From Chiloscyllium plagiosum (taxonomy: Eukaryota), in NCBI RefSeq assembly GCF_004010195.1, contig NC_057728.1, positions 50,191,849-50,236,588 of the forward strand: DNA of 44,740 bases. Reading direction: 5' to 3'. Every line of letters begins with the position of its first letter. Position 1 is the stretch's first letter. A model generated the notes under the pieces. That model did no database searches and was not told the DNA's origin. It worked only from the letters and a program-made list of their open reading frames with translations. Below, in pieces: positions 12,017-24,840 of this stretch. The position numbers and the translations under genes were made by a program.

Positions 12017-12615
12017 GGTGGCACTCTGTGGTTAGCACTGTTGTTTCACGGCACTAGGGACCTGGGTTTGATTCCACCCATGGGTGACTGTCTGTGTGAA
12101 GTTTGCACATTCTCCCCCTGTCTGCAGGTGCTCTGAGTTCTTCCCATAGTCCAAAGATGGATAGGATAAATAGACAAAATCTTTTCCCTGGGGTCGGGGA
12201 GTCCAGAACTAGAGGGCATAGATTTAGGGTGAGAGGGGAAAGATATAAAAGAGACCTAAAAAGGGCAACTTTTTCACGCAGAGGGTGGTACGTGTATGGA
12301 ATGAGCTGCCAGAGGATGTGGTGGAGGCTGGTACAATTGCAACATTTAAGAGGTATTTGGATGTGTATATGAATAGGAAGGGTTTGGAGGGATATGGGTC
12401 GGGTGCTGGCAGGTGGGACTAGATTGGGTTGGGATATCTGGTTGGCATGGATGGGTTGGGCCGAAGGGTCTGTTTCCATGCTGTACATTTCTATGACTCT
12501 ATGACGTTATGTGCAGGTTTGGTGGATTGGCCATGGGAAATGCTGGGTTACTGAGTGGGCTGCTGTTTGGAGGATTGGTTTGGCCTGCTTCCACACTGAA
12601 GAGATTCAATGTCTA
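12017..12615 (+). mobile_element. HE1-type SINE split by a CR1 3' end (~12160-12504)
   Basis: SINE reads ...gtccaaagatg | CR1 gataggataaatagac...ctatgactctatgac | atgtgcagg..., resuming the SINE consensus. Confidence 0.85.
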
Positions 12616-12809
12616 ATATCTTTCCACATTGTCATTGTGTTTGACAGCTGTTACTTAACTTATTTTAATGATTTACTAGTAAACTGTTACTGGAATTTTT
12701 ATAAAGATTTTTGTGGATGTTTGCTTTGCTGTTCAGTTTTTTCAAGTTGTGTAGTTCCTTCAACTGTATTAAATGCAGTTCTTTAGTAAAGAAAGCCACC
12801 AACTCTGCA

Positions 12810-13035
12810 AGGAAACAAACAGAAAGTCCTGGTAAAACCCAATAGGTCTGGTAGCATCTGTGGACAGAGAAACAGAGTTAACATTTTGAATCTGTTGTGA
12901 ATCTTCTTTAGATGCCGCAGATGCTGAAAATCTGCAACAAACTTAGAGAATGCTGGAGAAACTCAGCAGATCTGGCAACTTCATAGAGAGAGAAAAACAG
13001 TTAACATTTTGATTCTGGCATGACTCTTCAGAACT
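12810..13035 (-). mobile_element. Two tandem old pLTR copies (family C-related)
   Basis: Repeated unit ...aggtctgg/agatctgg...gagaaa...cagttaacattttga...; decayed HHR-like core on the minus strand (ctgaagagtcatgccagaatcaaaatgttaac). Confidence 0.6.
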
Positions 13036-13071
13036 TTTCCTGCAGAGATTTGTCTTTTTTTTAATTATACA

Positions 13072-13210
13072 CTCATAGAGTCATACAGCATGGAAACAGA
13101 CTTTTCGGTCTAACCAGTGCACACCGACTATGTTCCCAAACTAAACTAGTCCAATCTGCCTGCTTTTGGCCCATACCCCTCTAGCCTTTCCTGTTCATGT
13201 ACTTGTCCAA
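13072..13210 (-). mobile_element. Short CR1 3' end
   Basis: tcatagagtcatacagcatggaaacagac tail and UTR. Confidence 0.8.
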
Positions 13211-13450
13211 GTGTGTCTGTGTGTAGGGTTAAGAGGGTATAGTTTTAATTCCAGATCATAACATTGGTATTAATTAGTGGTTGCCACTTGCTTTCAGAAT
13301 AAATTTTGTTCCGAATAATCTGAAAAAAGACAGAACATGCGTTCTTACATTTTCTCACCCGTACTTTTCAATAGTTTGATTGTTCTGTGTTTGATTGTGT
13401 CAGCTGTTTACTGCTTATTACATTTGATTGATTAAACCTGGATGTGGAGT

Positions 13451-13469
13451 TGAAAAATGTGGTGCTGGA
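13451..13469. mobile_element. 19-bp pLTR micro-insertion between 17-bp direct repeats
   Basis: aaacctggatgtggagt at 13434-13450 and 13470-13486 flanks tgaaaaatgtggtgctgga, identical to 32374-32392. Confidence 0.7.
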
Positions 13470-13659
13470 AAACCTGGATGTGGAGTCAGAGAAAAGTAAA
13501 CCATCTGTAAACAGGCTGGAAAACTGAAGTGAAGCACAGAGTAAACATTTTAAAACCTTGGATAAAACTCTGGCAAATGAAGTTCCTACACCTAGAAGCC
13601 AGGGCCCCAGGGCCATCACTACCTAGAGCTAAGGAATAAAATATGCCGCAGAGACATCA

Positions 13660-14075
13660 CAGAGCATTTCACAATCAACATGGTCATTTTGAATTGTTGT
13701 AATGTAGAAAGCAAAGCAGCCAATCTATAACAAATTTGGACAAACACCATCTGCCAGTTTCCAGATGATCTGTTTTAAATCATTTTTATTAAAGGATAAA
13801 TTGTATCCAGATCACCGAGAGAAACACCTCCAGTGCTTCTTGTAGTAATGATATGGGATTGTTTAAGGTTAACTGAGTTAATGGGTGTGTTGTGGAGAGG
13901 AGTACAAGTTAAGGAGCATTGCACAAAAATGACACCTCCAAAGTGCAGCATTCCTATAATGCCACACTGAGAATGTTCACCTGGAATGTGCACTCTAGTA
14001 AAAATTGTGGGATTTGAACCTGTGATTGCCTGACTCTAATAAATGTCTGAGCCATTTGAGTAGGCTCCACACTGG
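13660..14075 (-). mobile_element. Old Deu-domain SINE
   Basis: gacacctccaaagtgcagcattcc...gggatttgaacctgtga, the reverse-orientation counterpart of 8700-9115. Confidence 0.55.
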
Positions 14076-14599
14076 CTAACAGACAGCAGTACTTTTTAAA
14101 ACTTACTTTCCGCATAAAGGCTTTTTGTCATTTGTGCATCAGACACTTGTGGATTTGTGAGGTGTTCCAATTTCAACATGGCTTAAGTGCTTTACTGAAG
14201 GAAACAGGTGCTTTCTTACTGCATTTACAATTGCACATAAATTTAAGAGAGAACATCGAAGAATGATGCCGAGACTGCAAATACAGAATATCATGATTTG
14301 TGGATATGGCCATCAGTCACCCTAAACTACACAGATAACCTATGAGGAGCAATACACAGAAAATAGTGTCTTTTCAAAGAGTTATCAAACAGCTAACATT
14401 AATTTTGTATTTTAAAGGATGTCTTGCATTTAGTACAGGATAAGTTTATCCTTTTGTAGTCATGTCTCAGTAGGTCAATCGCTCACCAAACTCCAAATCA
14501 GAAATTTCAAGTCCCACTTGAGAAAGTGGAAGTATTAGTGGGGCTGGCTGCCATTTAAAATTGATCAATCACCTGGATCAATTCAGATATTCCAAGGAT

Positions 14600-15955
14600 A
14601 GTGAGGGGAATAAGGTTGGCTATTGTGCATGTACTGGCAATAATCTTTTGACGCAGGAATAGTGCCAGAAGACAGGTGAACGGCAAATGTTACACACTTT
14701 GTTGAAAAATGTTTATAAGGATAACACAGTAACTATGGGTCAGTCTATTTAACCTTGATGGTAGGAAAGCTTTTAATCCAGGCCACCTTGATTAGGGTTT
14801 TGAGGAGGTGTCAAGATTGACGTGATGTACATGGACTCCAGTAGGGATTTAATAATGTGTTATAATGCTTTAATAATGTGTTATAATGATCAATGTTATA
14901 GTCACTGGAATAACACGGACAGTGGCAGTGTGGGCATGAAGGTGGCTGTGTGACAAGAATCAGAGGCTGTTGATAAACTTTTGGACTGAAGGAAAAGGTA
15001 ATCTGGGATTTCTCAAGGGTCAGTGTTGGAAACACTGCTTTCCTTGAGCAACATTAATGATCCAGCTTTGAATGTGGAGGGCAATATTTCAATTGTGAAT
15101 ACTGAATGACCTAAAACTTGCAAAGACTGGGAACGGTGTGGAAGATGGTGATAAACTTCAAGAGGATGAAGACAGGCTGATAAACCCATAACAGAAGTAA
15201 TTTAATGCTGAGAAGTGCAGAATAGGGAGCGGCAACGGAAAATAAAGGGGGGCAGTTCTAAACAGGACACAGGAGCCAAGAGACTCTGCAAAAATATACA
15301 AAAATGATTGAAGAAGACTGGGCAGATTGAGAAAATACTTTACAAGGTATATGGAATCATGGGCTTTATAAATAGAGATAGAAAGTATGAAAGGAAGGGA
15401 ATTGGACTGAATCTTGAAGAGATGTTATTATGTCCAATTCCAGGCACCACACTTTAGAAAGGAAGTAAAGGCTTTAGATAACGTGCAGAAAAATTTCTTG
15501 AGCCTTGGTCCAGAGACTTGAGTTATCAGAATAGATGGAGAAACTGAGTTCTGTTCTCCTTGGAGCAGGGGAGTTTGAGAGGAGATTTGATTGAGGTGTT
15601 GAAAATAATGAGAAGTTTGGATGGAGTGGTGAGAGAAAAACTATTCCCATTGGTGGAAGGATTGAGAACCAGAGGGCACTGTTTTAAGGTGAATGGCAGA
15701 GGACCAACAGCATGAGGTGTAAGGTTTTGCGCACTGACCAGATATTGTAGAATGCACTGCCTCAGAGTGAAGTGGAGGTGGATTCACTTGAGACTTTCAA
15801 AGGGGAACGAGCTTGTTATCTGAAGGAAAACAATTTATTGCAAGGATATAGGGAAAAGGCAGGTGAGTTGGACTTTGTTTTGAAGACAGCCAGTAGTGAC
15901 AGGCCAAGCTGAATGGTTTGTTCTGTGCTGTAACCAATCTACGATTGTAGAAGTC
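14600..15955 (+). mobile_element. Old, decayed CR1 LINE 3' portion
   Basis: Recognisable RT-region DNA (caagggtcagtgttggaa, gggctttataaatagagatag, caccacactttagaaagga, agaaccagagggcac) with many stops and indels. Confidence 0.8.
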
Positions 15956-16969
15956 AGTATAGCAGAGACTTGAGCAAAATAAATCAGGCTGGTACATCAT
16001 TAATAACATACTGTCTTTTCAATGTGATGTTACACCAAAGCCCCCCTCATGTGGGCATAAAATTTCCCACATGCCTTGTTTTACTCTCAACCGATTTCAC
16101 TCTCCACCTAATTTTACACGACATTTAAAACCGTGATCAAGGAGTGAAATGAAGGGTCAATCCAATCTCATTACTCCCTGACTCCAGGTTGACAATTTTA
16201 AAATGGGCCGCCACAGTTTTGTCACTAAAGGGTTAGGAAAAGTTTGCTGATTGAAAGGAACTGAATTCTACAACCTCCTTTGCTTTGATATTTGAGAAAC
16301 AGACATGGTCAAGGACAGAAATTCTTTGAAGCAGTGAAAGGATTTGTGATGAATTAGTGCCTGTTGCCATAATGGCTGTAAACAATGAGAATACACTGTG
16401 TCTTTATCCTGAGAATGTGCATCAACCAACAAAATAAAGTAGCATGCACAGGTTGCAATTGCTATGGTTTTAGTAAACAAATCACGTAATACTTTACACA
16501 TCAATTGCTGCTGCCTGTTTCAACACTGTTTGTGTATAAGATTGTTTACAACGGTCGATTCTAGTCTGATTGAAGTCTGGATTCACTGAATTATAACAAA
16601 TTAATTGTGTCTCTATTTCTGTGACAATCCAAATAATATTTATGAAAATTTTGAGAACCACCAACCGTGGCAAGAATTATATCCGAGATATTTAACTAAG
16701 CTCCATTATTACACTCCTGTAGTTTTACTGCAAACACATGTTAGACCCAGAATCAAGAGCAATGCTGGGACGGATGTAAATCAAGAAAAGGATGAGTCTT
16801 GAGAGATGAGTCCAGCCACACAGTTAGATTAAGTTTTAACTGAGGAGCTCACTGCACAGGTTTAGATTGGGAGCAAATGTAGAGTAAGAGGGTTTCACCT
16901 CGACATGAAATACTTCCAGCCTTGGAAGTAAGGACATTGATATCAATGATGAGGGTTATATAATGGTCA

Positions 16970-17183
16970 AGTGTGTGGTCCTGGAAAAGCACAGCAAGTC
17001 AGGCAGCATCTGAGGAGCAGGAAAATCGACGTTTCGGGCAAAAGCCAATAATCAGGAAAGCCATTCATTCGTGATGAAGGGCTTTTGCCCGAAACGTCAC
17101 TTCTCCTGCTCCTCAGATGCTGCCTGACCTGCACCACATTCTCAACTCTGATCTCCAGTATCTGCAGTCCTCACTTTTGCCTC
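16970..17183. mobile_element. Palindromic double-pLTR insertion (family A) with two HHR cores
   Basis: Inverted arms; gtgatgaagggcttttgcccgaaacgtc at 17071-17098 and an inverted decayed copy at 17028-17056; TSD atataatggtca (16958-16969) / atatcatggtca (17184-17195). Confidence 0.85.
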
Positions 17184-17819
17184 ATATCATGGTCAGCCAA
17201 TATACGGACATTTGTTTCATCCCCCGCCTCACCAATGTTGATGGTGGAATTTTAACCTGATATCACAATCATGTCCACCCCATAGACTGGAATCTGTTGC
17301 TACACTGACATCCAGTAAAGCAACTATCAGGCGATTGTTCTGTGATTAAAATCCTGGAACACAATCATCACCTTTATTATAGTCTCAAGCTTTCCCATAC
17401 AATCCAATTCGCTGATTTTCTTGTAATCTATTAAAACCTTGATCCGAGTTCAGACTCAAGGCCCCATGATGCCCTTGTTTCCCTTCAAGGACTGTTCACC
17501 ATTAATTGCTGTTTCTCAGCTCCTCTCCTTACAATATTCATTAAATCCTTCCCGTACTGCAATTTATTTGGGAATTCTTCCAGTCTCTGGGATCTCTGCT
17601 TTCTTCTTCAGCCCAATGGCTCCTTTGTGACCTCTTCCACCATTGGTAGAAGGACCTCCAGCCACCTTTAACTTATACTTCAGAGCTCACTCCCTGAATC
17701 CCTGCTCCTTACTGCCTCTCCACCCCTTCCTACTTCTTCACCAGAGTTTTGGGTCAGAGGCTTGGAGTTCAGTGACAAGTAACTCCCCAAAGCCTAGCCA
17801 CTATCGACAAGTCAGAAGT

Positions 17820-18005
17820 GTGAAAGAATAATGCCCACTTGTCCGGATGGGTACAGCTCCAACAACACTCAATAAACTCAGCACCATCCTGGCTTGTTTG
17901 ATTGGTACTTGGTCCAACAACTTCAACATTCAATCCTTTCACCACTAATTCATAGTGGTAGCAGTGTGTACCATCTACAAGATGTACTGTGACAACTCAC
18001 TCAGG
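17820..18005 (+). mobile_element. Old CR1/L2-group LINE 3' fragment
   Basis: cagctccaacaacactc...gtagcagtgtgtaccatctacaagatgtactg; related sequence at 34370-34545. Confidence 0.6.
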
Positions 18006-18544
18006 TTTACTGAGTACCCGGAATACTTTATTTACTCAGTTTTGCCCTTCCATGAGCCCGCTCTGTTTGTCCCATTCCTCCAAGGGACACATCCTGAAAT
18101 AAAACCATATTTCCTAGTTACCAAAATGGCCAATTAAATGTTTTATCCTTCTCAGGTTTTAAAGAAAAAGACCTAGGCTTATTTAATAAACACAAAATTC
18201 TTGATTTATTTGTAAACAGTACACATTCAATGAAAATGCAACAAAATAAAAGCAACATATTACAGATGCTGGAGGTGTCAAATAAATGCTGGAGAAACTC
18301 AGCAGGTCTGGGAAGACCTGTGTGGAGGGAATGAGAGTTAATATTTTGATTCCAGAATGAATTTTCTTTGGAACTAAAGGAGGCTGGAAAAGGGATGAGC
18401 TGTATGCTGTAAGAAAGAGATTGCGCGGTGGGGTGGGGGTGGGAAAAGCGACAGATGCTAAGGTTGCCCCAAGGCTAAAGGGAAATCCATTTTATGGGAC
18501 AGACTAGAATTTAAAGGTGTATTAGAAAGTATACAACACATTTA

Positions 18545-19460
18545 CATTATTCCAAGGAATAAACACCTCAACATCCACCATGTCCCTCTCCTTGGTGAAT
18601 ACTGTTGCAAGGTACTCATGAAGAATCTCACCCATTTTTTCTGACTGCACGCATAGCTTTCCTCCATTGTCCTTGAGTGGGTCAACCCTTTCCCTTGTTA
18701 CCCTCTTGCTCCTTAAATATGAATAAAAGGCTTTGGGGTTTTTCTTAGCCCTTCTCACTAAGGATATCTCATGATCTCTTCTAGCCCTCTTAATTCCTCA
18801 TTTCAGATTGGTCCTAAATTCCCGATGTTCTTCCACAGCTTCATCTAACTACAGTCATTTAGACCTGATGTACGCATCCTTTTTCTGCTTAGCTAGCCTC
18901 ACAGTTTCACCTGTCATCCATCGTTCCCTAATGTTGCCATTTCTATCCCTCATTTTCACAGGAACATATCTCTCCTGAACTCTAATCAACCTCTCTTTAA
19001 AAGTCTCCCCCATGTCAAATGTGGATTTCCTTTCAAACAGCTGCTCCCGATCCACATTCCCCAGCTCCAGCCGAATTTTGGTAGTTGGTCTTCCCCCAAT
19101 TTTGCGCCCTTCCTTTAGGACCACACTTATCTTTGTCCATGAGTATCCTAAAACTTATGGAATTGTGATCACTATTCCCAAAGTAATCCCCCACAGAAAC
19201 ATCAACCACCTGGCTGGGCTCATTTCCTGATACCAGATCCAGTATGGCCCCTTTATGAGTTGGACTATTTACGTACTGCTCTAGAAAACCCTCATGGATG
19301 CTCCTTCCAAATTCTGCTCCATCTAACTCTAAGTAAATCCCAGTCAATGTTGAGAAAATTAAAATCTCCTATCACCACCACCCTGTTGCGCCTACATCTT
19401 TCTATGATCTCTCTACATATTTGTACCTCTACCTCACACTCGCTATTGGGAGGCCGGTAA
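18545..19460 (-). mobile_element. Internal CR1 ORF2 fragment (APE endonuclease and linker)
   Basis: FLEQYVNSPTHKGAILDLVSGNEPSQVVDVSVGDYFGNSDHNSISF; KKNPKAFYSYLRSKRVTRERVDPLKD. Confidence 0.92.
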
Positions 19461-19479
19461 TATAACAATCATTGGTTTT

Positions 19480-20160
19480 GATAGTTCCATACATTCTGCC
19501 AAACCGTTTAAGTGTGGATAGTAGGGTGATCATGTGGTTTGAGTCACTTCCACTTAGTACACATTATCTTGAAATGATTTGCCAGTGAACTGCAGTCCAC
19601 TGTCAAACATCATCCATACTGAATAAACTGAAAATAGCACTCCTTGTATCAGCAATGGCTGTGCTTGTTGTGTTGCTAAGTAATCAAACAATAGGAAACT
19701 GAAAGAAGTGATCCATCTCAAGAGTGTAATTTTCCCTGTGTGCTAGGAATATGTCTGTTGCTATTTCATCCGAAGTAGATGGAGCATCATGTGGATGGAA
19801 GGCTCCCTCTGCTGCTAGGGTTGATACGTTTTGGCATTCCCCAGCTGCATTCACAGACGTTGAAGATCCTGATTCATCTCTGGTTTGTACAGATTCATGT
19901 GCCGGCCACTTGTACGTTCAAGTACCTCTGTGTACCTTTTGTACAATCTCCCTGGTGCCAGCGTTGTGATGTTATGCCATCTTATTGGGCATCCGTGTTT
20001 TGCGTTGGAGTCTGGCTTGGTCTTCAGAAGCAGATTTCCTGCATATGAGTGAGCAATGTCCCTTGGCGCCATATGATCTCCCGATGTCCTGAATACTGCA
20101 TCTGTTACAGATGGTGTGTTTACAGCTCACAATGAATGTTGCTGCCATAGAGAGTGCACA
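19480..20160 (-). pseudogene. Gypsy-type LTR retrotransposon integrase remnant
   Basis: Frameshifted minus-strand frames give ...IATDIF..., FDSGLQFTGKSFQ..., SPYYPHLNGLAE, matching the D..DNGPQF...SSPYYPQSNGLAER core. Confidence 0.75.
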
Positions 20161-20244
20161 CCATGAGACACAGAAAGAGTAGGGAAATCAAAAGACATAG
20201 AAGTAATTTATGCTAAGAAACATCATGAAGCAGCATTAAGCTGA

Positions 20245-20516
20245 TGTGGCAGTAGCATAGTGGTAACATTATTGGGGAGGAAATTCAGGGACATGGGATC
20301 AAATCCTACTATGGTAGATCAGGAAATTTTAATTCAGTGGAAATCTGGATTAATAAAAGAAAAAAAAAAGCTAGTCTAATGGTGATGCTATTATTCCTGT
20401 TGTTGTTCTAAAAACCTATCTTGTTCACTAATTCCTTTAATATCGGGAGTTGGTCATTTTTACCTGATTTAGCTTTCATACCACTCCAAGTCCATAACAA
20501 AGTCATTGACTCTACT
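20245..20516 (+). mobile_element. Old tRNA-derived SINE (second family)
   Basis: gtggcagtagcatagtggtaac...gggatcaaatcctactatgg...; related copies at 39775-40100 (+) and 44060-44225 (-). Confidence 0.6.
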
Positions 20517-20757
20517 GAACAAAAACCGAGAGAACTGTGGATGCTGTAAATCAGAAACGAAAACAGAAGTTGCTGGAAAAGCTCAGCAGGTCTGGGTCCA
20601 TCTGTGAAGAGAAATCATAGTTAAAGTTTCGGGTCCGGTGACCCTTCCTCAGAAACTGGCTCTGAGAAAGTGGCACTGGAACCAAAACATGAACTCTCTT
20701 CATGATGCTGCCGGACCTGCTGAGCTTTTCCAGCAATTTCTATTTGTGTGTTTGTGG
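20517..20757. mobile_element. Palindromic double-pLTR insertion (family C) with HHR cores
   Basis: Arms ttgctggaaaagctcagcaggtc / gacctgctgagcttttccagcaa; minus-strand core ctgagga-a-GGGTC-accg-GACCC-gaaac at ~20626-20652; TSD ttgactctact at 20506-20516 and 20758-20768. Confidence 0.85.
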
Positions 20758-21009
20758 TTGACTCTACTCTGTGCCTCTGAACAACAAGAGACATGCATAA
20801 AAGCTGGTTTAGCTAGCAATGTCCATTTCCCATGAGCAAATAAAAAAGGAACAACGTAAAAGTTCAAACAGACATAGTCTCTATGATGACAGCTGTGATA
20901 TTAATATCATTTTGAGAGATTGGATTTCAAACCACTGGATCATAGGTGTTAATTACTTTTATGAAGAGTTTAGACAAAAACAAACTCAGAGAGTCATTTC
21001 CAGAACAGT

Positions 21010-21508
21010 GATGATATTGTTAAATTTGAAAGGGTGCAGAAAAGACTTACAAGGATGTTGCCAGGACTGGGGAGTTTGAGCTATAGAGAGAGGCTACATA
21101 GGCTGGAGCTATTCTCCCTGGAGCATCAGAGGTCGAGGGGTGACCTGATAGAAGTTTATAAAATCATGAGAGACATGCATAGAGTAAATAGACAAGCTCT
21201 TTTCCCCGGGGTAGGAGAGCCCAAAGCTACAGGGCATAGGTTTAACTGAGAGGGGTAAGATTTAAAAAGGAACTAAGGGGCCACATTTTCATGTAGAGGG
21301 TGGTGCATGTATGGAACAAGCTGCCAGAGGAAGTGGTGGAGACTGGTACAATTACAACATTTGAAAGGCATCTGAATGGGTACATGAATAAGTAGGGTTT
21401 AGAGGGATATGCAGGCAAATGGGACTAGATTAGGTTAGGATATCTGGTTGGCATGGAAGAGTTGGATGGAGGGGTCTGTTTCCATGCTGCACATCTCTAT
21501 GACTCTGT
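21010..21508 (+). mobile_element. CR1 3' end
   Basis: QKRLTRMLPGLGSLSYRERLHRLELFSLEHQRSRGDLIEVYKIM; tail ctctatgactct. Confidence 0.92.
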
Positions 21509-21539
21509 AAGTCTTTGTCAAATTTAATTTCATTCAAGC

Positions 21540-21900
21540 AAAATGTGTCTTCAGAGAGAACGATTCAGATTGTGCTGGAAGCAGAAACCAGGAAGAATCA
21601 CAAACAAATCCTGAGAGGAAAAGGACAAAGCCAACACAGAAGAACAGCTTAACCTGTTCATCTTGCAAGCCGTAAATATTCTAAAAAGAAACATGACAAA
21701 CCAACGCAAAAAGAGCAGGTCAAGCAGCAGGAAATGAGAGTCATGAGTCAGCGCTGTGAAACAAAAAAATCCTTGCAAAAACAAACAATGCCCAGCTATG
21801 TCAAAATAATGCTGTATTTGTTTAATTGTGGGTCACTTCCATCAGATGTGCTGAATTTCTGAGTAGCAGACTGTGGAGTGTCCCATGAAAATCAGCTCAT
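21540..21900 (+). pseudogene. Gypsy-type gag remnant with CCHC zinc knuckle
   Basis: 21789-21851 translates CPAMSK*CCICLIVGHFHQMC (C-x2-C-x4-H-x4-C preceded by CPA). Confidence 0.6.
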
Positions 21901-22279
21901 GACCTGTGACGATTTCCAGGCATGTTAAACAAATTGGCCAATTTATTGACAGCAAAGATTGAGTCCCAGGGGCTAGACCTCATGAAAATACAAGAATGGT
22001 ACTTCGCTCAGATTAGGAGAATTCCATAGGCTACAATCGTGGGATTTGAATCCATCAATCCAGAGCATTAACCTTGAGATTACTAGCCTCAGGAGCATCA
22101 TTTCTTCCAGGTTATTTTTTACAACAATCAATAATACTTTCATTGTCACCATTACCATCACTAGCTTTATATTCCAGGTATTCTTCTGTTGTAGAAAAGT
22201 CATATCAGACTTGAAATGCTAACTTTGTTCATCTTTCTACAGATGCTGCCAGATTGTCAGGTTTTCGCCAGTATTTTCT

Positions 22280-23485
22280 CATAGAGTCACACAGCATAGA
22301 TAAAGGCCCTTCAGCCCACCATGGCTATGCCGACCAACAAACACCAAATTGCACTAATCCCATTTACCTGCACTTTCCATAGCCTGCTATGTCTGGCATT
22401 TTAAGATGCTTAATATTGTTATGAGAGTACCTGCCTCCATCACCATCTCATGTAGCATGTTCCATATTTCTACCATTCTCTGGGTGAAAAATTCTTTCAT
22501 TGATCTCCTCTAGACCATTTACTTTTCACTTAAACACTTGCTCTCTGATTTAGACTTATTTGCAATGGGGAAAAGATTCTCACTATCTCCTCTCTCTATG
22601 CCTCTCATAATTTTGTCTATCTCAGTCAGATCCCCCTCAACTTGCTCTGCTCCAAGGAAAACAAATCCAGCCTATCCAGTCTCTCCTCATGGCTAAGCCT
22701 TTTAATCCCAGACAACATCCTGGTGAATCTCTTCTACACCCTCTCCAGTACAATCATGTCTTTCTGATAGTGTAGGGACTAGAACTGCGCACAGTATTCC
22801 ATCTGTGGCCTAACCAATATCCGTTGGTTAGGCCACAGATGCTCATACAATCTATGTCCTGGCTAATGAAGGCAAGCATCCCATGTGTCTTTTTCATCAC
22901 CCTGTCTACCTGTACTGACACCTTCAAGGATCGATAGACTTGTACACCAAGGTCCTTTTGTTCCTCTCTACTCCCTAGGGAGCTACCATCCATACTGCAC
23001 ATCCTTCCCCTACTAGACCTCCCAAAATGCATCATCTCGCACTTATCAGGATTAAACTTCATCTGGTATTGCTCTGTCCAGTTTAGCACCTGATAAGACT
23101 ATAGACTGAGATCATCCTCCTTACTAACAATAACTCCCCAATTTTAGTGTCATCTGCAAACTTATTGACTAAGTCTTCTCCGTTCACATCCCAAGTCATA
23201 AATGCAGATAACAAATAGCAAGGGTCACAGCACTGATCCCTGTGGTACACCACTGGTCACAGGCTTCCAGTAACAAAAACACCCTCCAGCATCACCCTGT
23301 GCCTCCTATTTGTCAGCCAATTTTGAATCCAGTTTGCCAAATTGCCTTGGATCTGGTGGGATTTTGCCTTTTGGAACAGTGTTTTATTTGGGACCTGTAA
23401 AGGTCTTACTGAAGTCCGTGTAAATCACGTCAACTGCACTACCTTCATCAATATATTCAGTCACCTTTTCAAAAAAACTCAAATG
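22280..23485 (-). mobile_element. CR1 LINE 3' ~1.2 kb
   Basis: WTEQYQMKFNPDKCEMMHFGRS...QKDLGVQVYRSLKVSVQVDRVMKK; the reverse complement of gatccctgtggtacaccactggt is the GVPQGS motif. Confidence 0.92.
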
Positions 23486-24840
23486 AGTCAGAGTATTTCC
23501 CTCCCTCTATTTTTATTTCAGTCCTGACTCTGTTTAGAGAAACCCATCTGGGCCTGTACAGGTCCCATTTCCCCGCACTGGTCCCAGTGTCCCAGGAATA
23601 TAAAGCTTTCCCTCTAGCACCATTTTTCCAATTGCACATTCATGTGTTTTATCTTACTATGTCAGTGAATACTTGCATAGTTTGAGCTCTCTAAATCCTG
23701 ACTGCAGAACCACAGACCATATCTTGTTGGTAACAATGTGGACCACAACTGCTGGCTGTTCACCTCCACCATTCAGGCACTCTTGCAGCTTTCCAGTGAC
23801 ATCTTTGACCCTGATACTGGGAAGGCTGGGTACCACCCTAATCTAAACAAGATTGCCAGTGTCACTAATCCACTGGGTGTGAGGCAGTATCAGGATCTAT
23901 TTTTGGGTTCAAAATTGGACAATAGCTTTGACATTCCTGTTGTTCAATTGTGATGGGACCAGACTAGCTGTGCCTTGTCATTGTGTTTTGAAATCATATT
24001 TTAGCGAATTATGCAGTTGAAATGAAAAAGCCACTGTTATAAATTCCCCTCTCTCTAACTGGTCCTTAACACCTGTTGATCATTCTAACTGGGAATGGCC
24101 AAGAATTGAAACCTTGCCTGTATCATTCATGATCTGGAGAAAATGCTTATGATAAAACAGGAGCACATACAATTACATGGAATACAGGATATTGAGGAAT
24201 CCAAGTCAGTGGGAAACAAGGCAACTGTGTGAACTCAAGCTGATCTATCATTGGGCTTAAAGTTGGACAATGTCTTTGACACTGCTGTCATTCCACTGTC
24301 ATTGTCACTCAGTATTTCTGCAAATCACTGCTTTGATGGCTGACTGCACCAAGTTATCAAGTCATCTCATATTTTCTAACAGGTGATCATTTAGTTAATT
24401 ACAGTTTACAAATCAGACTTACAATTAACACCATACGTAGATTCCACAATGTGGAAAGGGAAGGACAAAGATGGGTTTGCAATGCAAACTGATAGGCTCT
24501 GGATTATTTATAACAACTTGTCACCTTAGTAACCCAAGCCAGTGGTGATGTAATGGCGTGATCCATCTCATTTGGACAGGAGCAGTCAAGCAAGAACATT
24601 CAACATGTGAAGATCTATAACAAAAGGCCGTGATCCTCTGATTGCCACCGTTTTATCAGACTTGCCACGAAGCTTGGACTGACAGCGCTGATCGATAATA
24701 ACCAAACATTAATATCCTAAATGATGCAGTTCTTATTTTACTGTTTATATAAGTTCATTTGAATTACTGTGAAACCAAAGTGATTTCCCAATTTGATTGT
24801 CTGTCACAGAAATCTGCAATTGTCAATAATTCCATTACAG

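Noticed and set aside
12054..12488. Recurrent MYSMETDPS...ISLQTLPIHIPIQ ORFs (also 258, 31838, 35085) that look like a gene family
   Set aside because: They are the antisense frame of CR1 3' ends.
14848..14888. 20-bp near-tandem duplication; also a 13-bp duplication at 11826-11851
   Set aside because: Two-unit slippage-type duplications without spacers; not CRISPR-like or otherwise structured.
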